DNA of 63,308 nucleotides, the filler included, from Corallochytrium limacisporum Hawaii (Eukaryota; Protista; Pluriformea): NCBI GenBank assembly GCA_002811645.1. It is 5 parts of 5 records of this genome, joined end to end, with 100 filler letters (N's around TTAATTAATTAA, not from the genome) between each part and the next. Parts side by side here need not be neighbours in the genome. Positions count along the whole stretch, not along the records: positions 1 to 25,023 come from PDIP01000136.1; 4 more parts are not named here. The stretch is one strand, 5' to 3'. The notes beneath the pieces are model-generated. The model did no database searches and had not been told where the DNA came from. It was given only the letters and a program-made list of their open reading frames with translations. Each line of letters starts with the position of its first letter. The stretch's first letter is position 1. Positions 11,701 to 20,084 of the stretch are shown here, one piece after another. The position numbers and the translations under genes were made by a program.

Positions 11701-13017
11701 AAAGTAGGAGGCCAAATGTGACAGAGTCTGCAGGGACACGCTGCCGAGATTACGAACGATGCTCTGCACCAAGTTGACAGCCACCATACCGTACTCAATT
11801 TTTAGTGGAACATTTGGTGTGGTCACAACATTAAACGCGTCGGACTCGAGGTACGCGGTCAGGTGGCGCAGCATTTCCTCCATTAGGCTGGTCGTACTAC
11901 TCTTCCGTGTCCCGTACATAGCGGTCATGACCCGATTGCGATACGATCGAAATGTGAACATATCCATCAAATTCTCCGTCTGATGATCACACAGGCAAGA
12001 CACTGCGCGGGTGGCGGAAACATGACGGATTGTCGCAGCCTCTGGTCTGACATCATTCAAAAGCGCTAGCAGTGTGTCTGCCCACTCCAGTAGACGCAGG
12101 CGATTCCCATCCCAAGAGTCCTGTGCATCGGCCTCAAGGAGGATGATGGTGCGACAAGTTAGAATAATAGCCACATAGTGATCCATGCTATTGCACAAGT
12201 GCTGGAAGACCCAACAGTCGAGCCTGGCCTGATCCAACACTGACATATGTTTCCGATCAATTAAGCCTTGAGTGAAATCTCTCCATTTCCCTGAGTATCC
12301 CTTCAATTTTTGTTCGAGCTTTCCGGCTTCGAGGGTGAATTGGAAACTGCTGCCTTCGTTCATGGCTGCCACATGGTTGATGACTTCAACATCCTCGGGT
12401 TTGAACTTCGATTCCAGCTCCATGACCTCCCTCGGAACACCATTCTTGCAAACATTGTTTACTCCGATACGAATGTTTGCAAAAGCTTGGATCATGACCG
12501 TTGCCGCATCCGTTACCCATTTGTTGTGATCCCGGAAGTTAGACATCAACGCATGTCTGCAACGAACATACATCAGCAAGTACAGTACAGCGCTGTGCAC
12601 AACCTGCGGGTTAACACTGCGTAGTAAATGGGACACTGACTCCTGACTCAACCCAACCGTAATATCCTCAGCCATATCCCTATATACCACTGTTTGAAAT
12701 TCCAGAATGGTTTTAACTAGTTTCCATTTCTCCAATACATCAGAAGGCCAGTCTGATGAGGGTGGTGCATTGTCCGCGACGAAACCACACTCATGGTCCA
12801 GGATCGCTTGACAGCGCAGCAGCAATGGGTACCATTCCGCTGTTTGATAGAAAGGAGGACTAAGGTATTTGTACAATTTTGAAAGCTCGTCAATCAACAC
12901 ATGGTCATCCACAATGGTCATCAATTTGCTCACCAGTGCCCGAACTTTACTCTCCCGAGCTGCCACAGGTAAGGAACACAAGGCCTCTGGCCCTGAAACT
13001 TTTCGCACAATAGGCAT
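2740..13017 (-). CDS. HUWE1: HECT E3 ubiquitin ligase, HUWE1/Tom1 family
   Basis: Uninterrupted ~3425-aa ORF. Contains an N-terminal helical region, UBA (IVAMGFTEETILNAL...ATNLLL), acidic tracts and a UBM (PEGLDPEFLAALPEDLR). C-terminal HECT has DAGGLTREW and the catalytic LPTAHTCFNQLDLPEY, ending EGFGFA*. Confidence 0.97.
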   Translation of the reverse strand: MPIVRKVSGPEALCSLPVAARESKVRALVSKLMTIVDDHVLIDELSKLYKYLSPPFYQTAEWYPLLLRCQAILDHECGFVADNAPPSSDWPSDVLEKWKLVKTILEFQTVVYRDMAEDITVGLSQESVSHLLRSVNPQVVHSAVLYLLMYVRCRHALMSNFRDHNKWVTDAATVMIQAFANIRIGVNNVCKNGVPREVMELESKFKPEDVEVINHVAAMNEGSSFQFTLEAGKLEQKLKGYSGKWRDFTQGLIDRKHMSVLDQARLDCWVFQHLCNSMDHYVAIILTCRTIILLEADAQDSWDGNRLRLLEWADTLLALLNDVRPEAATIRHVSATRAVSCLCDHQTENLMDMFTFRSYRNRVMTAMYGTRKSSTTSLMEEMLRHLTAYLESDAFNVVTTPNVPLKIEYGMVAVNLVQSIVRNLGSVSLQTLSHLASYFTRMIQIKALTEPQGIPLLCETIYSLQAVVHELLSGRFSSTNREENLVDPEVISKRFIAIVESYMPIEDAEPANMDLVPDNFADDDPETYLTPLVYKSYLTVLCLDCLETVLGHAVFQSMTQRHIEGDFGKILANILKGKFGILRHDLSLIRGYALFILSNFLKDNPSLSRGIDDSTRLPTQLHEFLCEKLPKEAEVVDALCLVYNNLCLNKEMLEQFKHSQALHRFFDIFIDPEYTGTLMSQALDLKRLGRSLADLGQQYPDLKPLIAQGLLRVLSALEGYLDLKPKEEVLPYVYVAEQNVDKQRLLAMRTALSRSKPYAMYEYYIASPAENIMPNAIPLVDMIRNFRRFVYGMRLSVHTQVRESDPQDAKDLQEKVNTIWERTLNIVLHHKLVWDIRNGVLVGVQYKDMRTIRSMQYAPIGKLLAGELRNTVEALKAEEIDGTANRFVGAVEQMLRLCYYIDTLGAHARYGASNSDSSEVEGEDYMDDQYRLVCYAVNFLIRHGTDLERMDSSLSKIMALTKGELSDEGPKLFYRKRDPKMEDEAALFQIKDEVRPAVVPLVMSCMIRLLYHLRTNYIWRESLVILDLTRTTLSQLQQNPRKVSLILEMIAANVHRSSRYTTTTQESDQNASDRSQQLMNSIVETLQVFWEVTALAKCEKVSDLFVAHATQQVVKILSEVYARYNRDHSAVDLNSVQEYAQLARYLLGLVKDTEGHHVHARNAVIALASDVISNIHIWRDWIQSIEFREKELLKLLEPIVAMGFTEETILNALREADFDTEKATNLLLDRREQTGEENEQDGDGAAQGPEDDAAEEGNAEDSNHGDANDEAMAESGEDIDTVQRKDSSTVGVDKNARDAAVALLKVVVQLAEGEDWHLLHSIRASTASQREQGEIGRHISVLYHTIWHSKQAFVREGETAPKEHYSKFQELLDGEVFGPLEARMIAKAYDAPVSFAHDILAHMDDTEKSDFEPLCKMAPTALAKLQNALNASISSPAQDAGAINSYLTAGNAVMFGVVSARVKMEAGLTAQMREVKLMYARNIVDMMLNRCCSKEVTLQVGLSLRWMLDDADTRPLLQDNVEIMECILAMAIDSYLTPARRVLMSVLRLLPIEQDFVLTEILFTWNPSRSSKNMAEAMNLFYNVMRMYPEETMTQLKEHFEVLHFEKAKSYYGAELKLKDLEIYQNRVVNGLASETGRHLVRMMTDAFARLRAGTPVSGCDKELRWQYVSLVELFALLYHNSPAVTLASHELDFNFGNPITSTTPGRATPGKMKKTRPSDLHSTAFFMYDCGKSRYTLEDALVASAGLYILTKSVEMSVGNAAGKCIESLSEVLLWLCGPNAPRGQRESSTHLLLRQFEPNKIHKVHSKHARMMLRKRFLPAVLRILRSLNKRTYMGHRTIKMLAAFVTNGSRYLFDKEDTQNFTEMNVWEHESALYDSEMEDDESANEFGIIESDDDMMEEIHENDGIDDEMDDEDEDEEEEDDDVEDEEVDSDDFGSGSVEFEVVDNGDGGGVLQPIPVDDSGDRDEASASEYDEDYVDSDAEGGEDWEEDQHIIEGADAYMSHLLPEGMEIVDDGEDDGGAPESSSDDDDDIYNDTGVGEAGAGNFGLRGANVNVPGDRGLGVWYTGDVVDDMSSDENDLQMYLDNRMPMNRRMMNFVTGAQVINRQCYWDREVIHSWYNPLYVENTNAWTVFLYSSFDDRAPLTCCITPKTFQTMESDMRLRRYASTIIDMQFLEWHVSSRGEEQLQGELLSLMERHFQESDCAVRPNENQQLLPLDKVVVSRDLLSKSMVLSIPELLRPLQQLVMSDLRWPWRWTAGVDLNQATILEVKLFIYSNEEVIKSMVSRQKEDAKQESEPKQLDDGTAQTSKADGGGENGGMDVEEGAGQSVEAQGAPQEELPNTSGTTLAASSMEISEPGARADAADTGSQPSVAAAEANEEPEDEDNAADGEDGEVGEQTTDMEEEIPEGLDPEFLAALPEDLRGEVIANHRRMNEATRESHASNVPPEVLAAMPPDIQYEILHGRVPLSLDDANIQVNGEGEYDEASEEDEDELEERRAFGRGATAPRRRKKPPKPIRWEKDRLLTNQEIWNVFRVLLESQDDVDPHIGLVLAMSRNKESCEFVIFMLITCLAGSLNAMTSGPRPKESQRVIFDYGGVVYIAFLLKQLALHRRTHFAYFNKSSIPSDDPVLDEICKLGGDFAKTVKDLQSGSVTPFDILLRLVAVDKWPYFEVQIRIMRLLLVISRAACSAEAKEKAEKAKAEKDAERAQKDKEKAKEKQEGKDNEDKGDSMETADVTGTQGTSASKDKEDNEALAEAEAVKNMVVMPTLSAKTLQDIVPVLLRMPLDLSASRVVVELAKGRGNRDPILKLVNNDLSSSRDQLMKWFNSHASNGDVNPFDTDLLKEIQNAQQCLVQCMIVNVMLKDTYFVQSYHSDEKHAFEIKNYASLANDFNLVSLWEAIAGWVEKWEAVSDAAQHPTLLKIATKGMLLSFATLPPQEELRHVMENDVNLEKSQNNMASRIGTMDLSASDQLENLMQSGVVTGMTKPVQTVLNDWTVFIRIMEKMRSYLNEIIGEMNAAEIKEQLQHGILNVVLKSPRIIEFDNKRKIFRILVKKISNRKKAMRLHVRRAHLFQDSFRQVMAQTTQSLRGRLNVTFAEEGGIDAGGLTREWFQKVSEEMLNPQYALFTRTALSAVYQPDKRSWVNPTHLDYFRFIGRAVGKALFDNNLLDVHFARSFYKHMLGRRVTYHDMEALDPEFHRSLVWILENDITDVMELTFTTEVEEFGETKVIELKPNGGDIAVTEENKREYVQLVCQMKMTTAIQPQIDAFNAGFHDVLPSHVVNIFDDQELELMISGTPEIDIDDMQVNSVYSGGYSARSPQVEWFWRALRSYDNEMRAKLLQFVTGTSKVPLGGFAALYGFDGPAKFNITRRPGESTKLPTAHTCFNQLDLPEYESYEKLLSMLTKAVSEGHEGFGFA

Positions 13018-13994
13018 AGTCAAGTTTCCGGTGCCACTTACATCGTCGAAGCGGTCTTTCGATCTGTATATTTAAGTCATTTTGCGATTCACTCCTATAC
13101 AATTGCGTGATGTTCGTGACCAATATTGGCTAGCACTAGTGCCAATGCTTCCGAGAGTAATATCTTCAGCCTGGTTAGGTTGACACCATCTTAAACCTGT
13201 AACGTCATCAGTGTCGCAGCTCTTGAGTTCTTGAAACAGTACGGAACGTTATCGCCTTTATATCCACAGAGCTGCGGCTGAGGTTACCTGCACGGGTCGG
13301 AAAATGATTCGAGAGCTGTTGTCGCCATTCCTTGTCAACCGTAGGAACTACGCGTAAGCCGTCCTCGATACTCTACTGGACTGGCGCGCCGTTGACTGCG
13401 TATTTCCTGGCCTGGCAGTGTGCTAAGTGAATGCAAACGTTGCCCCCTCCCGGACCCGGGCTCCCCGCGCGGCGGGGAGGCGTCAGAGCGGGAGCCACTG
13501 TGGTTTGGCAATGGAGAAAAGTATTTGCTAAGAGTTTGGGCACGCACTGACTTTTAGCGTGTACTGGGAGGTCTACAGTAATGGGGGACCAGGTGGGGGG
13601 AGGGGGTTAGTGTCTTTGAGAATGACGGGCCTCCCATATCTCAGATAAAAACCTTCCGGATGTATGACTTCACCGATAGCCGCTGAGCGACGGACATGGG
13701 CTGTACTTTTCGCGCCCTACAGCCGAGGAATGATGTGCATATGTAAACTATGCTATATTTTCGGTGCGTGAAGCTGCGAGTGGGGAACTGTGGAGATTGG
13801 AAGCCGACGGGGCTGAATTTCGGTTGGCCTGGCGGGTAAGCTAGTCCGGACGAGGAAGGTAGTGCCCTAGGGAAACTCTCCAGAACAATGGCACCAGGCC
13901 GGGTCCTTTTCCGGACCGTTGTCGAGTACAAAACGATAATATTGATGCTGTTTCTTTATTACGATATGGACGACATGCAGAAGGAAGACCAGGT

Positions 13995-15077
13995 TTAGAA
14001 CTTGATAGAGTTGATACCCATGTCAACCATGCCACCTTTGTAAGAACCGCGCTTGCGCTTGTTCTTCTCGCGAGTAAAGTCCTTACCGCGGACAACCTTC
14101 AGGTCATTCCATGCCCGTGCACCCCAGCCAGCCTGACCAAAAGTACCATCGTATGTGTTGTCCTTCAGCTCTTCTTTAGCGAATGTCACAGAATCTGCAA
14201 CGACGCGCTGGAATGGAGCATTACGCTTCTTCTGTGATCCTGGGGTGTTCACTTTTATGCTGCTGACGCTGGTATTGGCGGATTCAGTGGCATTGGTGTT
14301 AGCACCTAGACCGGGGTGCTCATCACCCTCTTCCTTGTCGTACCCAATGCCCGCGTGTCCCTCTTCCTCGTCGTTGCTCATCGGCACCAGATCTATCTGC
14401 TCAGCAGTGCTCTGATCTGAGTCAGACTCGCTATCTGTGGAGGAGCTAGAAGACTCGCTGTCACTGTCGCTGTCACTCTCATCCGCTTTCTTGTCTTCTT
14501 TGCTTTCAGCTTCCTTCTTTCCATCCTCACTGTCGCTGTCAGAATCAGACTCAGAGGAGGAGGAGGAGCTAGAGTCAGATTCCTTTTGCTCTTTCTTCTC
14601 CTTCTCCTTCTCCTCTCCGCTATCGCTATCGCTATCGCTGTCGCTGTCACTGTCACTATCACTGTCAGAGGAAGAGTCAGAATCAGACTCGGAGTCAGAA
14701 GTGGACTCTGATCCAGAGTCCTTGGCCTTCTTGGGGGCAGTGGCCTCCTCAGCTTCAGCCTTACGCTTCGTGCCCCGCTTCTGTGAGCTATCTGGCTCAG
14801 ATTCGCTGTCGCTGCTGCTCGAGCTAGAACTCTCACTGTCGCTGTCGTTTTCGGAAGAGCTGTGACTGTCTGAAGAACTTTCACTGTCGCTTTCTTCCTT
14901 GGCCTGAGGCCTGTCAGAAGGAAGCAGATCTAGCAGATCAACCTGTTTGCCGGCCTGCAAGAACTCGAGGTTGCTGCTGTCGATTTCCTTCAGCAGTTCA
15001 GCGGCCCGCTTAGAGTCCAGCTTTTTGAGTGCCTTGGCGGCATGGTACAGAACAAGGTCCCGCTCGAACTGAGTCAT
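13995..15077 (-). CDS. SRP40: SRP40/Nopp140-like nucleolar phosphoprotein
   Basis: Ser/Asp/Glu-rich blocks alternate with basic blocks. Conserved SRP40_C terminus (PFQRV...WGARAWNDLKVVRGKDFTREKNKRKRGSYKGG...NSIKF). Confidence 0.93.
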   Translation of the reverse strand: MTQFERDLVLYHAAKALKKLDSKRAAELLKEIDSSNLEFLQAGKQVDLLDLLPSDRPQAKEESDSESSSDSHSSSENDSDSESSSSSSSDSESEPDSSQKRGTKRKAEAEEATAPKKAKDSGSESTSDSESDSDSSSDSDSDSDSDSDSDSDSGEEKEKEKKEQKESDSSSSSSSESDSDSDSEDGKKEAESKEDKKADESDSDSDSESSSSSTDSESDSDQSTAEQIDLVPMSNDEEEGHAGIGYDKEEGDEHPGLGANTNATESANTSVSSIKVNTPGSQKKRNAPFQRVVADSVTFAKEELKDNTYDGTFGQAGWGARAWNDLKVVRGKDFTREKNKRKRGSYKGGMVDMGINSIKF

Positions 15078-15892
15078 GCTGCTGAACAAGAAATGAAGAG
15101 TATTTATTTCCAGAGGTTTGGAGGAACGTTGTACGTTTGTTCACACAAAAAACCTGTGACGAAAATTCGGAAATTGAAATACACTTTCCCATACAAAGGA
15201 GATCGCATTTCAAAATACAAAGCACTGAAATGTGTATTTTGCACTTCCGTTTCCAAACCGTATTCCGCAATTATTTCGTCAGTGTGTGTTTGACAGCTCT
15301 AAAAAAGTGTGTGTCTGTGCCCGTGCGTGTGCGTGAGTGTGGGTGAATCGCCCCTAGCGGGACCATGTGAGAGTGGTGTCTGGGCCCCGACCGTCCCTGG
15401 GCGCCTCCCCGTACCCGCCCGTACTTCCACACCCCTCCCTTTTTGTCCTTACCCAAAAGAATGCGCTTCCGTCCTGTTCAAAAGCTATGTGCCTCCCACA
15501 GCGCATGGGGGGGGGGGTTGAGTGGAACAAGGGAACGACGGGCAAGCGATCAATGCAGCGAGCCTCTTCTGTCGGGGTAGGGTGCGTGTTGCCCAAGCAT
15601 ACGGTGGGCGGGGCGGGTCTCTGTATCAATTCCTTAGGGTGCCTGAAAAGTGGCTGACGGATGGGGGAAAATGAGGGTACCATCTCCCCCCCCGGGGGGG
15701 GGGGGACCCAGCGGTTCCGGTACTCTCGGAATAAGTCCTCTTCCCTTTGGGTCTCTCTTGGGGCCGCCCCCGCCACCAGGGATTGATTGGATCGCGAGGC
15801 TAGGTGGGTCGGGGAAACTCTGAACGGCGGCCGGGACATGCTGCGTGGTAAGTACTTTACATGCTTTGTGATTTAATGATTCTTTGTGCCAG

Positions 15893-18800
15893 TCAAGGGT
15901 TTGGTTCTGGTGATATCGCCGGGCGACTGGGGTGGCGGTCCAGCATGTGTTTGGTAGGAGTATCATCATTTACCAGTGGCGTGGTGTCGTTGCACCGTAA
16001 GCAGTGGAACTTAGGGGTGAACTTGGCTCCGTCTGTCGCAGGGGTAATTTGGAAGGTGAAATCCAGGTTATCCTGTAAAAACTTGTAGCCCGGAGCGACT
16101 GATTTCCAATTCATGAACTTTTCCTTGCATTTGTCAATGAATCGCTGCGTCTCCAGACGATCGACGAATGTAACAGGTTCCGGCTTGGGCTTTGATTCCG
16201 GTGCACTGGAAGGCGCGAAGGATGCAGGAGCCGACGCTGGGGCAGGCCCGCCACTGTTCCCAACCAGACTGTGTGATTGGGCCCTGACAGTGTCTGAGGG
16301 AGCAAGGCTTGCAGTGGGGCCAGGTACCGCATTACTTGAGTTTGTTGGACGCAAAGGGCCAGGTGGTGCTGGCTTAACCCCCTTGTCAATGGGACCCGGC
16401 GGTGCAGGCCTCCGTGGTGGGGCACCACTGCTCAAGATGGGGTTGGGCGGCGCCGGTGGGCGTCCATAGGTTGATGTTCGCGGGCTGCTATGTTTCAGCA
16501 TAATGTGTCTCACAATGGTATCAAAGTTACCTTCAAGCTCCAGGTCACAATCATGGCAGTAGAACTCCACGTTGAACACATACTCATGGCGCCGTCGAGT
16601 CTTCGCCACGTCAAAGTGGAAGTTTAAGTTCTTTCTGTAGTGTTCGTTGACGGGCGACTTTCTCAGGTAGTCATCGACAGTCTTCTCCGTCTCATCTTTC
16701 CGAGTATAGGCTGCCTTTCGTGCCTTTTCTTCTTGTGACAACACCACGGAAGTGGTATTCTCTGTGCCACCGACACCGTTGCCAGTAGCGGTCGCCACAG
16801 ACGGCCGCGGTTTGAAAGACAATTTCAACTTCTTCGGTGGTTGACCTCGTGACCCACTAGAACTACTCTCCCGTTTGCCTGCTTGCTCAGATGACCCATC
16901 GATAGCCATGGATTCTTCACGGTACCCTTGAGCTGTCGACAATTTCCGGGCCTTTTCTTGGGTTGCTGCATGAGCACACTCTGGACAAACGTATCCCTTT
17001 CTGTCGAGATCGAACTCCAAGAAATTCGTCACAGTACACATTGGGTGGTAGTAACGATTGCATCCACCCATGCATTTGTGTGCGTAACCAGTTTTCCCAC
17101 CACAGCCACTACAGTATTTGCTAGCGGGAAGTTTGCTCATAATCTTGCTATATCGCCTAGTATGCCCAGTTGCAGGCCACTTCATAGTGCCGCTCTTGAG
17201 GTAGATCAAAGGTTTATCTTTTCTCTCAGGGATACCTGCGCCGAACAAGTGAATGGCACAAATTGAGTGGACCCACTCCTTCTCCTTGTTGGAACCGGCC
17301 GGCCAGAATGCCTGAACCCGTTTGGTGCGATGATCGCAAATGCTGCATTGCGGCAAATTGCGATTTTTTTCGATGCAGCGATAGCAGAACCAAGAAAGTT
17401 TGGGGATAAGTTTCACTCCATAGCAGCACTGGTGAACTGCGACGTTGCAGCCATCACAGTAAATGATCTTATTCCTGTCCGACCAATACGCGTCCAGGCA
17501 AATCGCACACTTGTCATCTCCGTCATCGTCTTCCTGTTCCACAGTGATGGCTACTTCGGATGGAATTCCCATCATGGCATATAAATGCTCCCTAATGCTT
17601 CCCTCATAGCCTCTGCCGTAGTGGGACTCTCTGATGTTTCTCTCGGCGCGGTTCTGTTTCACTTCGGGCCCGTATCCACCCTCCAGAACGCTGACAACAC
17701 GACCGTTACAAATGCGATCGGCAAGATCCTGAATACGCTTTGTAAGCGTATAATACGTGAGTGCAGTCCATTCCCCAAGACCGAGAGGGTCATCAATATG
17801 GCCATCGAAGCCAGCAGAGAGGATAATCAGGTCAGGTCCAAAGTCTGCCAGCTTCTTCTCAATTCGGGTTAGCACACCATCCTCTTGTGCCAAGAATGGT
17901 GCCTCAACCATCTTTTGTTCAAATGGAATGCTCAGAACGTATTTGTCATCCCGAGCCTCTCCCGTGCTGGGGAATATGGGTGCACCTGCTTTGGTGATTC
18001 CATGAGCGTGTACCGAAATGTATAGATACTTTTCAGTCTCTTTTCCCTCTGGTTGCAATATGTCTTCGGTACCATTTCCGTGGTGAACATCAAAATCAAA
18101 CACTGCAACTTTTGAAACTCCGAGTTCTTCTGTGGCATATAGACAACCCACCGCAACGTTGTTAAAGATACAAAATCCTTGCGAAGGCGCCCCTGCCGAT
18201 CTGCCTGCAAAAGCCGCATGATGACCTGGAGGCCTGGCAGCCACGAATGCACTCTTCACCTTCCCGTCCCATACAGCCTTGATCGCCTCTACCACACATG
18301 CACAGCTACGACGTGTTGCTTCGTAAGAGTCCTTTACCCCATACGTATCCCCAGATTCACCATCACTCAAATGGGCAACATCATCACCAGCATCTTCACA
18401 CCGTTGCTTCATTTTGGCAATGTAGTCCGTGCTGTGACACTTGCCGATCTGGGTCTCGATTTTATCTACAGTGTCCCGTTGTGCACACTCTTGGTATATA
18501 ACGGCCTGACCATGGTCATGATGTGCAGTTTTCATTACCTGTACCGCTACACGAAGACGTCCTTCTGTATCATACGCATTCCCGACTGTTTTGTGTTTGA
18601 AGCAGATTGGGTCATGAATCAAAAAGGTTCTGTGTGATGCTGGCCTCACAAGGGATTCCATGAACCGTCTCCATTGTTCTGACGCAGTGTCTCGAGAGAG
18701 TTGGGACTTTCTCCAACTAGAGGAATCAAGCTCTAGTTTGGTCTTCACTTCTTCCGCCTTTTGCAGTTCCTTTCTCTCTCCTTGGCCAGCCTTGCCATTT

Positions 18801-19318
18801 TGTCCTGCGGATGCACTCAACTCCAATGCCTTGATGATTGGATCCTTGGCAGCAATCTGCGTTTTCACTCCTGCAATCTCATCTTCGAGATCCTTCAGCT
18901 TAGCATTAAGGTCGGCCAATTCTCGTCTTTCCTTGGTCAACTGCGTTCTGGCCTTTTCAGCTTTGGATTTAACACGAGGATCGTACGTCGGCCTTGAAGA
19001 GTTGAGTTGCTCAATTTTTGTCTCGATCTCATCCAGTGCATTTTGCAAGTGGTTTCCCTTTTCTGAAAGCTCTTTGGAACGACTCCGAAGCAGTGCAGAA
19101 ACATTTTTATCAACAGATTGCGCGAACTCGTAGTCTGATTGATCAAGGGCTTCACCAGGCTCATGCAGTGCGACCATACCAGTCAACCTCTGCAGGAGGT
19201 CGCTAATTTCATCGCTCTCTTCAATGACCCCGTCTTCATGAAGATCCTTAAAATATTTTACCACATGACGCAGCAAATCCACTGGACTTTGACCACTAGG
19301 TCGGGCAGACTCGGACAT
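15893..19318 (-). CDS. Class II-type histone deacetylase with N-terminal coiled coil, PHD-Zn knuckle-PHD (PZP) module and two C2H2-like fingers
   Basis: HDAC motifs RPPGHHA, GFCIFNN, DFDVHHGNGT, SAGFDGH, LEGGY. PHD1 CAICLD...CDGCNVAVHQCCYG...WFCYRC. Knuckle CSIC...WVHSIC. PHD2 CSGC...CMGGCNRYYHPMC...CPEC. Fingers FYCHDC...HIMLKH and FHCLRC...HMLDRH. Confidence 0.9.
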   Translation of the reverse strand: MSESARPSGQSPVDLLRHVVKYFKDLHEDGVIEESDEISDLLQRLTGMVALHEPGEALDQSDYEFAQSVDKNVSALLRSRSKELSEKGNHLQNALDEIETKIEQLNSSRPTYDPRVKSKAEKARTQLTKERRELADLNAKLKDLEDEIAGVKTQIAAKDPIIKALELSASAGQNGKAGQGERKELQKAEEVKTKLELDSSSWRKSQLSRDTASEQWRRFMESLVRPASHRTFLIHDPICFKHKTVGNAYDTEGRLRVAVQVMKTAHHDHGQAVIYQECAQRDTVDKIETQIGKCHSTDYIAKMKQRCEDAGDDVAHLSDGESGDTYGVKDSYEATRRSCACVVEAIKAVWDGKVKSAFVAARPPGHHAAFAGRSAGAPSQGFCIFNNVAVGCLYATEELGVSKVAVFDFDVHHGNGTEDILQPEGKETEKYLYISVHAHGITKAGAPIFPSTGEARDDKYVLSIPFEQKMVEAPFLAQEDGVLTRIEKKLADFGPDLIILSAGFDGHIDDPLGLGEWTALTYYTLTKRIQDLADRICNGRVVSVLEGGYGPEVKQNRAERNIRESHYGRGYEGSIREHLYAMMGIPSEVAITVEQEDDDGDDKCAICLDAYWSDRNKIIYCDGCNVAVHQCCYGVKLIPKLSWFCYRCIEKNRNLPQCSICDHRTKRVQAFWPAGSNKEKEWVHSICAIHLFGAGIPERKDKPLIYLKSGTMKWPATGHTRRYSKIMSKLPASKYCSGCGGKTGYAHKCMGGCNRYYHPMCTVTNFLEFDLDRKGYVCPECAHAATQEKARKLSTAQGYREESMAIDGSSEQAGKRESSSSGSRGQPPKKLKLSFKPRPSVATATGNGVGGTENTTSVVLSQEEKARKAAYTRKDETEKTVDDYLRKSPVNEHYRKNLNFHFDVAKTRRRHEYVFNVEFYCHDCDLELEGNFDTIVRHIMLKHSSPRTSTYGRPPAPPNPILSSGAPPRRPAPPGPIDKGVKPAPPGPLRPTNSSNAVPGPTASLAPSDTVRAQSHSLVGNSGGPAPASAPASFAPSSAPESKPKPEPVTFVDRLETQRFIDKCKEKFMNWKSVAPGYKFLQDNLDFTFQITPATDGAKFTPKFHCLRCNDTTPLVNDDTPTKHMLDRHPSRPAISPEPNP

Positions 19319-20084
19319 GGTTGCGGTGACTCTCACTTATCCACATCCGCGTCTGGCTCTTACCTGGTCCAGATTGTCGTCTCAGGTATCTTCCGGCTGT
19401 AAATTTCACATACAGTACGCTGCCAGCTCCTGACGGTCACAAACATATAGCTTTTTGACGTTGGTGCCTTAAAACTCAAAACCACAGTAGTGTCTTGATG
19501 CACTGTTGCGCAAGATGAGAAAACTAACCATGGAAAACGGCAAAAAAAATGGAACGCCGTCAAGGAACAAAAATTTGACTGAACGTCTCTCGGGCAGCCC
19601 TTCCCCCCCGTCGTACCGGCTCGCACCGATTGGCCCTCTTCCCCCCTTTCGCGCCTGGGTATACCAATGCGAAGAAACACGGTAAAGGACTGTACTTTGA
19701 ACACCATGCACACTGTGTGACCAGAGCGATGTAGCATGGTTTTGGACACAATGAAAACGTGTTTTTTCCTCTCCTGCGACCATCCAGGTTCAAGTGTATC
19801 TGTTTTATGGCAGCTTGGCGAGCTAGGAATCGAACCCCGACGACACTTCCGCACGAGACAGGGCTTTCTGGGTATGATATTTTTTCGAAGGATATCAAGG
19901 GATCAATTCAAGAAAAGCATCGATACATGGATATATAGACATGTGACTAAGGATTACAATAATGTTATGGTTTACGATGGCAACAATTAAGATGCTGCAG
20001 CATGCAGGGGTGGGTCATGTTACATGGTGTGATATGGTATGGTATGGATGGAGAGTGTTCTTGTTTACCACGAGTGACGTCTCA

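Noticed and set aside
2833-12624. Long antisense ORFs inside HUWE1 and other genes
   Set aside because: Shadow ORFs expected from codon bias; no motifs.
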